Shown one piece after another: positions 24,455 through 38,205 of a DNA stretch of 64,000 nucleotides. The stretch comes from Octopus bimaculoides (Eukaryota): the NCBI RefSeq assembly GCF_001194135.2, contig NC_068996.1, positions 52,444,664 to 52,508,663 on the forward strand, in the 5' to 3' direction. The position numbers and the translations under genes were made by a program. The notes under the pieces were generated by a model that saw only the letters and a list, made by a program, of their open reading frames with translations, was not told the DNA's origin and did not search any database. Within the stretch, counting starts at the first letter, position 1. Every line of letters starts with the position of its first letter.

Positions 24455-26040
24455 AGAGAAAGGGAATCTCCCCCATGGAACCCTAGTTGACAGATAAGGC
24501 AATCAAAGATACGAAAACAGGGAAGGCTCCTAGTCCATAAAGAGTTACTGCTGAGATGTTTAAAATATCTGGTAGAGTAGGATATGGTCTAGTCACTTGT
24601 ATAGTTAATCACGTTATTAAGAAAGGTGTAATCTTTAGAGACTGGTGCAGCAGCATCGTGGTCAGCTGCTACAGGGATAAGGGAGATGTCTTAAATAGAA
24701 GTAATTATAGAGGCATTAATTTGCTGGATCAAGTGATGAGAGTAATGGAAAGAGTCATAGGCCAATTAATTAGGAACAGAATTAGGCTAAATGAAATGCA
24801 GTTTGGCTTTGTTTTGGGGAGAAGCACTGCTGATGCTATTTTCATAGTCAGACAACTGCAAGAGAAGTATTTAGCTATGATCTGGATTTAGCTATGATTT
24901 GTTGATCTGGAGAAAGCTACCAACAGAGTGTCTCTGAAGAAGTTTGACAAATGGCTTGTGGAAGCAATACATGCCATGTACAGGTGTGTGGTTAGTAAAG
25001 TAAGAGTTAGCCAGGATTATAGTGATGAATTTAGTGTATTGGTAGGTGTTCACCAAGGCTTGGTCCTCAACCACCTCCTATCCATCATTGACAGAGAAAC
25101 TGAAGACCGGCTGTCCATGAGAGCTACTATATGCTGATGATCTTGCTCTCAAAACAGAATCTGTAACAGAACTAGAAAAGAAATTCCTTGTGTGGAAGCA
25201 AAATCTGGAATTGAAGGGCCTCAAAGTTAATTTAGCAAAGATCAAGGTCCTAGTAAGTAAGAAAATGGACAAGATCCTAACACCTTCAGCTCAATGGCTC
25301 TGTTCAATATATAAGAAAAGTATAGGCAGAAATTCCATTTGGTGTACCAAGAGTAAATTATGGACACACAAGAGGTGCACTGGAATAATAAGAAGGTTAA
25401 CAGAGAAAGTAGTGTTTGTATGTGGCAGATGCACAGGAGCCATAAAGTTTGCAGATAGATGGGAAATATCCTGTAAGCTCTCCTTTACCTTTAGATAATG
25501 GATAATTTCTGCTACTTAGGTGACCTAATTAACAGAGGAGCAGGATGTACCAAAAGTGTTATTGCTAGATTAAGAATAAGATGGAGACAGTTCAAAGGGC
25601 TTTTACCTCTGTTGACAACTAAAGGTCTTTTTCTCCAAGTGAAAGAAAGATTGTATGATGCATGTGTATGAACTGCAATGCTACATGGTAGTAAGACATT
25701 GGCTCTGAATGCAGAGGACATGTGAAGACTAGAGAGGAATGAAGCAATGTTAGTACACATGTGTAATGGAGTGCTAGTGTATTTATTGAGAGAAAAATTA
25801 AGCATAAAAAAGTATTTGATGCAGGTTTGGTCATATGATGCATCTGGATGAGAATAGTTGCATAAAGAAATGTTGGTCACTTAAAGTGAATGGAACATGT
25901 GGAAGAGGGACATCCAGGAAGACATGGAACAAAGTATTGAAGGCTGATCTCAGAATGCTGAGCTCTGCGAAGAAGATGACAAAAGAGTGAGATATCTGAT
26001 ACCTTGCTGTACTCAAGAAGACCCACCCACCACAACAGAA
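24455..26040 (+). mobile_element. RTE-clade LINE, 5'-truncated and frameshifted
   Basis: RT motifs NYRGINLL, MQFGF..GRSTADAIF, GVHQG, YADD (tatgctgatgat at about 25130); C-terminal GRGTSRKTW-like motif. Confidence 0.92.
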
Positions 26041-27643
26041 TTGATATCCTAAAACCACTTTGGTAATGTTTGACCATGAGGGGCTCTGCCTCATCAACCT
26101 TTTCTCATCACATTTCATACCCTAATACCCATCACTTCTCTATCACCTGAGAGAAGAATAGGAACATACTACATCTTCCTGCATCCTTAGTTACTTCCTT
26201 CCCCACCCTGAACCACTTTCATTTCTCATTATCTCCCCTGTCCACTGTCTCCACCAGTCATCTCCATTCTGCATCTTCTCCCCAATGTGAGGCTCTCCGT
26301 CATTAACACCTTGCTTATCTGCTATCAACCTCAATGCCCTTCACATATTTACTGCAACTTCTTCTCTCAAGCTTCTCCAGGTTTTTCTCCATCCTTTGCT
26401 ACAGTCATCTCATCCAGTTCAAACCTCTGTATTACTTACTTCAAATATTCTCACCACCCTCAAAGTCTCTTGATGGAATGTTCTGACACATCTTTGTCCT
26501 ATTTCTTTCACTATCATTCTTCTTATCTTATCTCACTTTCCTCTCCTTTCTAACTGGGGTATCCATGTATCTACAGCAAGACACATATCTTTGTACCTCT
26601 ATATCTTTAATCTCTCATCTAGTATAAAGCCATCCCCCAATACTTCTCCCCACTCCCAGTTGAGGTGGTGTGGTCTTTGCTTTCTTTTTTTGTATCCTGC
26701 AAGTTAACCCTGTCAGAGTTGAAAAACCACTGGTGCTGGTTCCACGTAAAAAGCACTCAGTACACTTTGTCAAGTGGTTGGCGTTAGAAAGAGCATCCAG
26801 TTGTAGAAACCATCCCAAAACAGATAATGGAGCCTGATATGGTTCCTGACCCTGCCAACTCCTGTTAGACTATTCACCCAATCCATGCCAGCATGGAAAA
26901 CGGACATTAAAAGATTTTGATGATGCGTGCCATTTCGAACGTGGCCATTGCCAGTACCTCCCGACTGGCCTTCGTGCTGGTGGTACATAAAAGCACCCAC
27001 TACACTCTCGGAGTGGTTGGCGTTAGGAAGGGCATCCAGCTGTAGAAACTCTGCCAAATCAGATTGGAGCCTGGTGTAGCCATCTGGTTCACCTGTCCTC
27101 AGTCAAATCGTCCAACCCATGCTAGCATGGAAAGCGGACGTTAAACGATGATGATGATGATGATGATGATGATAACGATTTCAAAATAATGTTTAGAGGA
27201 ACACGTGACAAACATAATGTATGCAAGGAAAGTCTTGAGAAAATAGAGTGTTTATGCAAGGAAAGTCTTGAGAAAATAGAGTGTTTAACTACCCGAATGT
27301 TTAACTACCCATTCGGGTAGTTAAACAAAAGTTTTAACTTACTAGAGAAAACATTTTGGGATTATGAACTTCAAGGAGATGGCTTCTAGAAGAATAAATA
27401 TACGAAAATAGAAATGGAAGGGGCTTGTAATTTTTATTCAAGCTAAGCAAGGAATTCCTTAGGGCTCCTTAGAATTCAAGAAACGTGTGCATTTGAATAT
27501 AAGATAAAAAGAAATAGAAGTAATGACATGTTAATAGTAGTGACACCCTGTTAAGAATAATTGCTTCTAGCTTTGGCACAAGGTCACAAATTTTGTAAGG
27601 ATGAAAAACGGAGTTGACCTCAGTGAGATTTGGATTCAGAATA

Positions 27644-27800
27644 CACTAGCGTAGCGAGAGTGTGTGCCGCCCGGGGCGACCCTTCCATTCGCTGCGTCCG
27701 GACCCCACAAAAAGACACATACTGGCTACAGCATATCCAAAAGTTGTGTCCCTTTAAAGTGCCACCCGGGGCAGACCGTCCCGCACTAGCTACACTAGTG
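27644..27800. mobile_element. Short GC-rich TIR element (MITE-like)
   Basis: TIR CACTAG(C/T)GTAGC(G/T)AG at both ends; internal CCCGGGG motifs near each end. Confidence 0.55.
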
Positions 27801-29200
27801 TCTGAATGTAAAGAATCAGAAGACATAGCACAGGGCATCTTGTAAGTCCTGTGAATAATAATCGTTTCTAATATAAGCACAAGGCCAGCAAATCTGAGAG
27901 GAAATAGTTGATGCTATCGAGTCTGGTACTTTATTTTATCGACTCCACCCTAGTGAAAGCAAAGTCGCCTTGACGGTATTTGAACGCAGAAAGTAAAGGA
28001 GCCGGGTGAGATAAAGAAGGCATCTTTATACGACACTCTAAACAATTCTGCCAACTCACCGCTCAGAGAACAAAACCAAATGTGGAAGAATTCGCTACAA
28101 GACTAAGGCAAGCCTACAACAAGATGCGGTCTGTGAGTAAGTGATGGTTGTTACGCTGTCTGCTACTGAGTCATTGACCCACCTTCAATCCGGTGTTGGA
28201 TTTCACCAAAGTTTATCCTCACCGAGTCCACTTTTTCTTTTTCTTTTTTCCTGATGAATAACAGATGTAAATCCTTCATGCTCGAGGTTTAGAATCCTTT
28301 TAGACATGTCAAGTTTGGAACGATAGAAATAAATGAAAATTGTAATCTATTCAACATGACAGAGATAGATAGAAACAAAATAAATAAATAAATAAAGGTT
28401 AACTTTCATCCTGAGAATATTTATTTTGAACTAAGTTTACAAGCGAGCACACATGTCTACACACCCTTATTACACGTTCATAATACGCTCTCACCTTGTT
28501 TACACCTCCTCCCCATCTTATTTACACATCACTAACCGGGCTAGAACTACCCAAATTATTAGCTACATGATCTCTATACAAGCAACATCCCTAACGTAAC
28601 ATCCAAGAAACTTCTATTTCATGAAATAAAACGTGTTTTACTAACTACGATCTTACTATGTTCTCTCGCATCGCAACGTTCATGTTAACAGCTGGAATTT
28701 AAATGCAGCACATTCAAAGTATAAAATTTGAAGTGGGGACTTGGATTATAATTGACAGAGGAACGGATTGGGGTAATATTTAACATACTGGCACCTGCTT
28801 TTAAAGAACTGGTACGGAGAAAAATACAGTAAAATAATTTAACCTGAGAGCTATGTTTACGTTATAATGACTTTATGACTTATATAATAGGAATTAACCG
28901 GTTTCACCTAATTGGTTAATCTATCTTGTTTACAAGCAAACAATTATTTGTTGCTAAGAAATTGTTTTCACGTTAAACAATTAAAAATATTAACTTTCTT
29001 ATTTGTAAATAAGAAACCCAACGAAATCTTATAACGGAGTTCGGAAAGTGACCTTCGGGAGGTCAAGTTGTAATCTCGATTCCAACATTAAAAAATAGAT
29101 TTGCTTGTGGTATATTTCTCACAAACCGCTACCACTCTAATGAATTAGTACTTCTTCCTTTATAATTGAGTTGTATTGTTACAGTTTGTAAATCAAAATC

Positions 29201-29321
29201 ATTGGCTGGATTTTATAAAAGTTCCAAATTAGTTCGAGAGTAAGCAACGACTTCATTTAGTTTCCTGCTACGTCCGCCTCACACGTGCTCCTTTGAACAA
29301 GATTGCAGACAGTTCAGAATT
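29201..29321 (+). promoter_or_regulatory. Putative CLUH core promoter / 5' UTR
   Basis: ATTGG (reverse CCAAT) at 29201, TATAAAA at 29214-29220 and E-box CACGTG at 29282-29287. The region is visibly richer in CpG than the gene bodies. Confidence 0.4.
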
Positions 29322-29403
29322 ATGGCTGGGATCTCTGCTGTGGATGATAACAACCACGTTGAAAAAGAATCACAAACTTCAACAAAAACTGAAAGTGAAC
29401 AAG
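29322..29403 (+). CDS. CLUH: CLUH probable first coding exon (MAGISAVDDNNHVEKESQTSTKTESEQ+G)
   Basis: ATG followed by an open frame to CAAG|gtgtgt. The phase 1 end matches the phase 1 start of the next exon. Sequence is poorly conserved, so support is phase and context only. Confidence 0.65.
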
Positions 29404-32063
29404 GTGTGTTATTATTATAATACTTATTATTATTATTATTGCTTTTCTAAAATTTATATATACATTGGTTGCTTTTAATGTTTTAATGCTCACCATTTAA
29501 CTTATATAATTTGTATGTGAAAATAAATTCAGTTGTATGTGGAATTAAATATAATTTTATTTTCTAAAATATTTGCTATCAATCATTTTACTCACCGTAT
29601 CAGCTGATACTGAATTTGTTTGTTATTAACCCACTCCGGCTTTATAATCTTGCAAGTACGCGAAATGTTAGACACTTATTTCCAATTACACGTATTAAAT
29701 TTTGAATCTGCTTGCTTGTTTATTTGAGAAAATATCTTTATTAGAAATTGATAATTCATGCATTTTAGTTATCAGAGCTTTTTTTTCAATGCTTATATTA
29801 TGTAATGGTACTTCTACAACGGAGATGTCGTTTTTGGTGTGTCAAGGTTAAAAGGCAAGGTTAAAGTTATTGCTTGCTTATCAATTAATTGGGAACTTTT
29901 TTTTCTTTTAATTCGTCGCAGCTAAACTGCACTAAGTAATAACACCTTCTGTAAGCAATAAAGTGGCTTTAACGTTTTAAATAAATACCTATTTAGTGTT
30001 CTTAGTTTACTCAACGGAAGGTAAGTTCAGAGACTAACTTTGAAAAAGATTTTGTTGTGTACTTTAAAATTCATTTATATTACTCTCTTACAATGAAATA
30101 CCTTTTAAGCAATATTTATTTACACTTGTGACAACTTTTGATAATTTTTTTAAGTTAGCGTACATTAACAATTTGAGTTAGGTTAATTACAACCATGTTT
30201 ATGGGTATTAAGTACTGTATGCAGTTTATTATCGTTATAATACTACCCCAACATTTCAGTTGTTCATTAAAGTTTAATTTAGATATAACTTTTGGATTCA
30301 GTACGCGTGAACTAGCTGCATAATAACAAAAACACCTTTATTTACAAAAAAAAAAAAAAGACTGGCAAATTGTTTGCCTAGATAAATAAAATTACATAAG
30401 CTTACTTTTAGATACATATTTCTGGATGAAAGGCTACTTTCATAAATATCTTAGCGTACATCTTTAATAACCTTGCATCTATAAATTGTGGATAACATTT
30501 ATTGGTAAATGCTTTATAGTTCAAACCATTGCTTGTGTACTTTGATTGCTATATTAAAAAAAGATTTTGCTGTTGCCTACTTTCTTCCATTGCCCTTTCC
30601 ATCGCTTTCAAAATGAACAGTCTCAAGTCACGTCGTTACGCATTTTCCTCTGCATAGGGTTAATCCATTACGTCTGCATCTCACAGCATGTATTGACGAA
30701 AGAATCTCTTTATTTTACACTCCCACTGTGATGCTTCAACGGCTTCTATGTAAATCTAAATTGGTAATATTCTGCATGTAACTACTATATTCACCTTCAG
30801 TTACTTCCCAACTCCTTAGTCCTTAATACCTAGGTTATTAATTAACATACCTGCTAATAGAGTATCCTTTATCATTTATACATTGTTCTAGTTTACTATT
30901 TAATACGTGTCCCTCCTGCGTCGAGAAGAGGTCACAGCTAGTCTGGACACGAGACATGGACCTTTATTTGGACACATTAGTTTTACTTATCACACTCTAA
31001 CCGGCTCAATATCCATTATCGCTCATCTGTCTGAGCAGTAGGTAGGTAAACATTAGATAGCTGATTAATCACACTTGCCAAAATCTAAATTATCTTTTAG
31101 CGAACTAGTAATTAAGTAACTATTTGATGTCATTCGTTGTGTACCTTGTAATAATTTAAAGGTGACTGAAGTACTAAGATTATCTTACCTTAATTTATGT
31201 AGTGGATATTAATTTTAAATGTTAAAAGTAATTAAAGCGAACTTCAAACGTAAAATAACTATATTCCTCAACTCACTTAAGAGTGTGTGTGTGATACATA
31301 CATATTTAAACCGGGTATGCGTGTGCATGCAACCTTCATAATCCACTCTGATATACTCGTTGTAACTAAGTATCTGCTACACCCAAACACTGAATTTTCT
31401 ATAGTAATTTCTACAACTTCAATTTATTCTCCTGTTACACTCACGTTAGCTGCCAGTTTTACGTAATTCAAGGTTAAGGGGCTGGGTTACCAACTTTTAT
31501 ATGCAGCCATTCTGTTCTATATATTTACATGAATAATAATTCCTGTCCAATCTGCATGGTTGATAAAAGCTATCACTACCTCTCATCAATTTTCTTACCT
31601 CTTGGAACAACAGGTTACCCAGTTTAACACCACCACCACCACCATTGTTTGAATGCCTTCAGACCAAGTTTATGGCTTGAGCATAACTTCTCCTCTTCAT
31701 TGCATCAGTCTTGGAGGCTCTGAGGAAAATAAAGGGTCACAGGCACTGCCCTTCCCAAATCGCCATATATTTTAGATATCACTGTCTTACATAAATTTTT
31801 TTTATCAACAAAAACTCGTGAACAACGCATTTGCAGTATTTGATAATGACCTTCTTTCTAGGCACAAATATGGTATTTTAAAACTATGAGCTCATCATAC
31901 GTTTTACCAAAATTATGTTGGATAACTTTACAAAAGATAATTAATTATACTCTGGTAACTTTTATCAGTGTGTTTCGACATTCTTAGATTTTTTTTTCCA
32001 TTTCTTTCAATGTCTTCTTTTACCACATGAATTAGGTACACTGAATTCCTTATTGAATATTCC

Positions 32064-32281
32064 TTAACCCTTTTGCTTTAAGATTACTCTGTCAAATGTG
32101 ATCCTTATTTATTCACATTGTTTTGAATTATTCAGTCATCTCGTAGCTTTGAGATTTCTATGAGGTGATTATCTATTTTTAGGATGAGCTTGTAGGTTGG
32201 GTATGATAGGTCAGATCTGATCAGTTTGAGCATAACCCTGGTAGAATTTTTGGGCTGGATATGAACGATTTAAAGGGTTAA
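32064..32281 (+). mobile_element. piggyBac-type MITE family 1 (about 220 bp; TTAA-CCCTTTAGCATT...AATGCTAAAGGG-TTAA)
   Basis: TTAA flanks and CCC/GGG termini. Copies at about 14543-15137, 15728-16105, 33609-33833(-), 34776-35435 (three), 36644-36866, 45857-46085, 46946-47172 and 53946-54170(-). Confidence 0.8.
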
Positions 32282-35200
32282 AACAAAGATCATTTAGATC
32301 TGGGCAAAAAGCTTGTGATAAAGCATTACCTTCTTCCTTATGCTCACCAGACTCTGAAATGTGGAACACTTTATGGTTGACAAACTAATATTTTTTGTTC
32401 TTGTCATCTTTCTAGAAATGAAGTATATGTCATTCTGTCGTAGCACCATCACTTATGTGACTTATTCAAACTATCACTTACTAATTTGTTTTTATTCCTA
32501 ACTTGAAGCCTCTCTAGTCTGTTGGGGATAAGTTTCTTGCATAACCTTCAAATACTTTTCTCCAACAGCTTCCATTGTCTACATATCTCACAGCTTTACT
32601 TACCATTTTGATGCACAACTAACAACTCGCCAATCAGCTGCATATATTTAGTCCTCGTTACTAATATTTGATGATAGCAAATGCATCCAATCATAAAATT
32701 CCAGCCAAACGAAGCAAGCACATATGGCTGGTTTAAATGCTAATGGGTTAACTTTTAAAATACACTCCTTATCACCATTTAACAGCCGTTTTCCATGCTG
32801 ACATTGGTTGGACAGTTTGAGAGGAGCTGACCAGCTGAAGAACTGTACCAGGCTCTGTTGTCTGCTTTGGCATGGTTTCTACAGTTTGATGCCCTTCCTA
32901 ATGCCAGCCCCTTTACCGAAGGAAGCAGCTATATAGGTTTTCCTGCAGTTTCAGCATTTATATTGACAGACATCAGTTGAAATATTCCAATCCTGTTTTT
33001 CCTAAAGCTGTCACTTAAGTCACAATCAGAGGTCTGTTTCTTGTGTTGATAAGATTCAGACTCACAGTAATAAGGTTTTTATCAGCCAAATGTTACTGGT
33101 TAAATTCTCACTTAGGGACATTCTTGTTCAATTGTCTTCTTTCAGCATGTCCCAATAGTGCTTTACCAAATTGGTGCTGAAACTTTTTTTTTTTTCAACC
33201 AATTTTCACTCTCATCTTATCTACCAAAATCTCACAAAATCGCTAACTTACAAGCAGGAACCTGTTACATGTTCTTGAATGACATATTTACAAAATAATG
33301 CTTATCTACAAGAACTAAATCTTTGAGTTCATTGATACAACATTCTTAGCAATACCACTCCCTCTCTCAGCCAAGGGGTCTTTGTCTTGCAAGTTACTTG
33401 GTGACCTTGCTTGTGTTAGGGCCACATACAAAGCACCCAATACACTCTGTAAAGTGGTTGGCATTCAGAAGGGCATCCAGCTGTAGAAACCATGCCAATA
33501 CAGATGACCAGAACCTGGTGTAGCTTACCAGCTCTTGTCAAACTTTCCAACCCTTACCAGCCTGGAAAAACAGATGATAAATGATGTTGATGAGTATATT
33601 TTAAGAGCTAACCATTTAGCATTTAAACTAACTGTATTTGGCCCAAATATTCCACCTGTTTTGTTTAAACTAGCCAGATTCTGCCTCTCACACCTCACCT
33701 TCAATGTCATTCTAAAAATAAACAATCGCATCATTGAAATCTTAAAGCTACAAAATAATGGATGATTAATTCAAATCAATGTGGATAAATAAACATTACA
33801 CTTGACAGAATAATGTGAATGCGAAAGGGTTAAATGGATTTTTATTTCAGGTAGAAAATACGTAAATAAGAGTTGTGAAACACATCAGTTAATCAACATG
33901 TGAAAATTAATCATCAAACATGGTATGGCTGTGTGACAAGATGTTTACTTCCCAATCACATGATTCTGCATTTAGTCTTAGTGGACTCTGGCCTTGGGAA
34001 AGTATCTTTGGCTATGGCTGTGGACTGACCAAAATTCTGTGAGTGGATTTTGTAGATGGAAACTGAAAGAAGCCTGTCATATAAATAAATATATATATAT
34101 GTCGATGTGTGTGTGTCTTTGTGTTTGTCCCCCACCACCACTTGACAACTAGTGTTGGTGTGTTTACATCTTCATGACTGAACATTTTGGCAAAAGAGAC
34201 TGATAGAATAAGTACTAGGCTTAAAAAATAAATTCTGGGGTTGATTCATTCAACTAAAATACTTCAAAAAGGTGCCCCAGAATGGCCACAGTTAAATGAC
34301 TGAATGAAGAAGACAATTGCTGGGGAATTTTTCTTGTTCTGACATAAGTCTTCAATAACTGATAATTCTCTACAAAGCTCAAATACACCTTGTCTTTTGA
34401 AAACTTCTCACATACATGGATATAATCTTTGTCTTCCTCCCAATATTGTATGGATAACTCCAGCTGAAAGCAATAAAAAATACCTAGATATTAATCTCCA
34501 AATAAATACAGACCATTAATCCCAATTTCAAGCTCTTTGTTCCAAAATTGCACCTGGAACATTTACTCTTTTGAAGTTTTCTTCCCAGATGTTTTGGCTC
34601 AGATAGATCTTATCTTTAGAATACTTTTCACACACACGAGTACAATCTTTGTCTTCCTCTTAGTATTGTAAGAAAACACAAACCTTAATTCACCAACTTA
34701 TTTCCACCTAAACTGTGGAAGTCTCTTCATCTCTGAACTTTCTGATTTTGTGTTCCTCCATAATTTAAAATGATTTAACCCTTTAGTATTCAAATTACTC
34801 TGTCAGACATGCAGCTCTCTGGCTTGCCAGCATGGAAAACGGACATTAAATGATGATGATGATGAAATGTCATCCTTATTTATTCACGTTGTTTTGAATA
34901 GATCATGCATTATCTCATAGCTTAAATATTCCGATGCTTATTTTTAGAATGGCATTGTAGGGTAAGTATGATAGGTTGAATCTGGCCAGTTTCAACATAA
35001 AACAGGTAAAGTATTTAGGCCAATTTAACCTTTTAGCATTCAGGTTATTCTATCAAATATAATGCTTTCTAATTCACATTGTCTTCAATTAATCATACAT
35101 TATCACATAGCTTCAAGAGTTGGATGATGTGATTGTTTATCCTTTGAATGACATTGTAGGGTAGGTGTAAGATGCCAGATCTGGCCGTTTTGAACATAAA

Positions 35201-37344
35201 ACTGGTAAAATACTTAGGCCAAGCCAGTTTAACCTTTCAGCATTCAGATTATTCTATCAAATGTACTGCTTATTCACATTGTCTTGAATTAATTATGCAT
35301 TATCTCACAACTATAAAATTACAATGATGCGATAGCATTTTTTACAATGACATCATAAAGGCTGGATCTAGCTAGTTTGAACATAAAATAGGTAGAATAT
35401 TTGGGTTGGAGATGGCTTGCTTAAATGCTAAAGGAAAGTCGGGGGGAGCTGGCAGAAACGTTAGAATGCTGGGTGAAGTGTTTAGTGGTACTTCGTCTAT
35501 AATTTTATGTTCTGAGTTCAAATTCCGCCAAGGTCAACTTTGCCTTTCATCCTTTCAGGGTTGATAAATTAAGTACTAGTTGTGTACTGGGGTTGATCTA
35601 ATCAACTGGCCCCCACACCAAAAATTTTGGGCCTTGTTCCCAGAGTAGAAAAGAATATTCTTCCTCTTATCGCTACTGTTTGGTAAACCTGACTCTGCAC
35701 TAAAATAAAATTTCCCCAAAGCAATTCCTTGGACTCTCTGCCTGCCTATGTATCCCTGACTACCCCGCTGAGTACTGGTCTCTAAATTTAGACAAACGAA
35801 AGCATGGAATCATAATTTCCACTACCACTGCCCTGTCCATTCTTTTACTTGTTTCAGCCATTAGACTGTGGCCATGTTGGGGCATTGCCTTGAAGAATTT
35901 TAGTTGAACTGACTACAGTACTTATTTTTTTTTTTTTAAAGCCTGGTACATATTTTATCGATCCCTTTGCCAAACCGTTAAGTTAAAGGATGTAAACACA
36001 CCAGCACTGGTTGTTAAACAGTAGTGGGGACTAACATGCACACTCCTAATGCCAACCACTCCGAGAGTGTAATGGGTGCTTTTATGTACCACTGGCACAA
36101 GTGCCATTTGCATGACACTGGTATCTGTCACGACTGTGACTTTGCTTGGCTTGATAGGTCTTCTTCTCAAGCACAATATGTCAAAGGTCTCGGTCATTGC
36201 CTCTGTGAGGCCCAACGCTTGAAAGGAACTCAGCCACTTTGCCTCTGTTTGGCTGTAAACTCTATTTGTCTTTTTTTCTTTTTCTCTGTCTCCTGACAAA
36301 GGATTGAACCCAAAACGTTGGATATTCCACTCCTCACGGCAAGTTCGCTGTACTCCTTTTGCTTTTTTCCATATTTTTTCAAGTCTTGCCAACACAGAGT
36401 TACTAGATTCATCATCATCATTATCATTGCCTGATTATTATATATATATATATATTTATATATATGAGCTTCTTTCAGTTTCCATCTACTGAATCCACTC
36501 AAGGTTTTGGTCAGCCTAAGGCTATAGAAGAAGACACTTGCCCAAGGTGCCATGCAGTGGGACTAGACCCTGAACTACGTGGTTGGGAAGCAGATTTCTT
36601 GTGTAGCTACACCTGCTCTACATTAACTATTAATATTTCATCTTTAAACCTAGCATTCAGATTACTCTGTCAAATGTGATGATTGTTTATTTATATTGTA
36701 TTGAATTAATCATGCATTAACTCGTAGCTTCAAGATTCTGATGATGCCATTATTTTTAGAATGGCATTGTAGGGTAAGTGTGGGAGGCCAGATCTGGCTG
36801 ATTTGAGCATAAAGCAAGTAGAATATTTGGGCTTGGATATGACCATTGTGAATGCTAAAGGGTTAAATAGTGTTGTATTTTGAAGAGGAATGTAAATAGT
36901 GAATCCAAGGAGTTAATTTTAACCTTAGTTTTTCTGGCTTTGAAATTCTAATTGTTAAAAAAAACAAATGCCTGAGCTTGAGGTTTGTTTCAACTAGAAT
37001 TTAAAATATCTATAATCAATACAAATTTTAATTTCATTTTGTACCTCCTTATTCTCATGTTTTTTTATAAAAATATCATTTTGAAAATTTCTGAAGTTTC
37101 AATTTGCAAAATCATTTAATGTCCGTTGTCCATGCTGGCATAGGTTGGATGGTTCGACCAGTGCTGACAAGCTGGAGAGATGCACCAGATTCCAGTGTGA
37201 CTTGGCGTGGTTTTTATGGCTGGATGCCCTTCCTAATGTCAACCACTCTGAGAAGGCTGCCGTTGATTCATTTGACTAAATTTCTTCAAGGTGGTTCCCC
37301 TATATGGCTGCAGTCTAATTGAAACAAGCGAAAGAAATATATAT

Positions 37345-37850
37345 ATCATCATCATTTAGTATCCGTTGTCCATGCTGGCATGGGTTGAACGGTTTGACCA
37401 GGGCTGTGAAGCTGAGGGACTGTATCAAGTTCTAGTCTGTTTTGGCATGGTTTCTACAGTTGGATGCCCTTTCCTAATGCCAACCACTCTGAGAGTGCTT
37501 TTACATGCCACTGGCACGGGTGTCAGTTTGCATGACACCAATATCTGCCATGACTACTATTTCACTTGGCTTGGTGGGTGTCCTTTTCATACATAGCATA
37601 TTGCCAAAGCTCTTGGTCATTTGTTAGTGCCTCCATGAAGCCCAACGTTTGAAGATCATGCTTCACCACCTTGACCCATGTCTTCCTGGGTCTCCCTCTT
37701 CCATGGCTTCCTTCCACTGGTACAGATTGGCACTTATTCACACAACTGTCTGCATCCACGACCGTACCAACGCAGTCGCCTCTCTTGTACACCACATCTG
37801 ATGCCCCTTTATGTCGTCCAGCTTTTCTCTCATGAAACTTACTCTCTATC
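37345..37850 (-). mobile_element. RTE LINE 3' end: ORF C-terminus plus 3' UTR tail ending in (GAT)n
   Basis: GRGRPRKTWVKVVKHDLQTLG...* is followed directly by the GTGGTTGGCATTAGGAAAGGGCATCCA...GATGATG tail seen in many short copies. Confidence 0.85.
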
Positions 37851-38205
37851 GTATATGCACACACACACACACACACATATGAGAGAGAGAATAACCATTG
37901 TGTGATGGTTTTAAATTTTGAGTATTTGCTGGAGTTATTGAAGTAATCAAGATTAAGTCTTTATGAAAAAATTGATAAATTCTGTCTGAGTACAATATTA
38001 TCTGAAATAAACTGTTTTTTAGTCAAACCCTCCCCCCCCCCATATTGGATGCAATAACCCTAACATGATTTAACACCTTCATTTTCAGTTGTTTTCAGTT
38101 TTTAATATAATCTTTTGTTTTGTGGATTTTTAATGTAATTACAAACTGTTTTATCCTGTTTAAGACCATTGATTTCTATCTATTTTTTCTCCATTTTTTT
38201 TGTAG

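Noticed and set aside
29590-29600. Minus-strand donor-like site (G|GTGAGT) suggesting an antisense transcript at the CLUH promoter
   Set aside because: A single 7-mer with no supporting exon or ORF; expected by chance.
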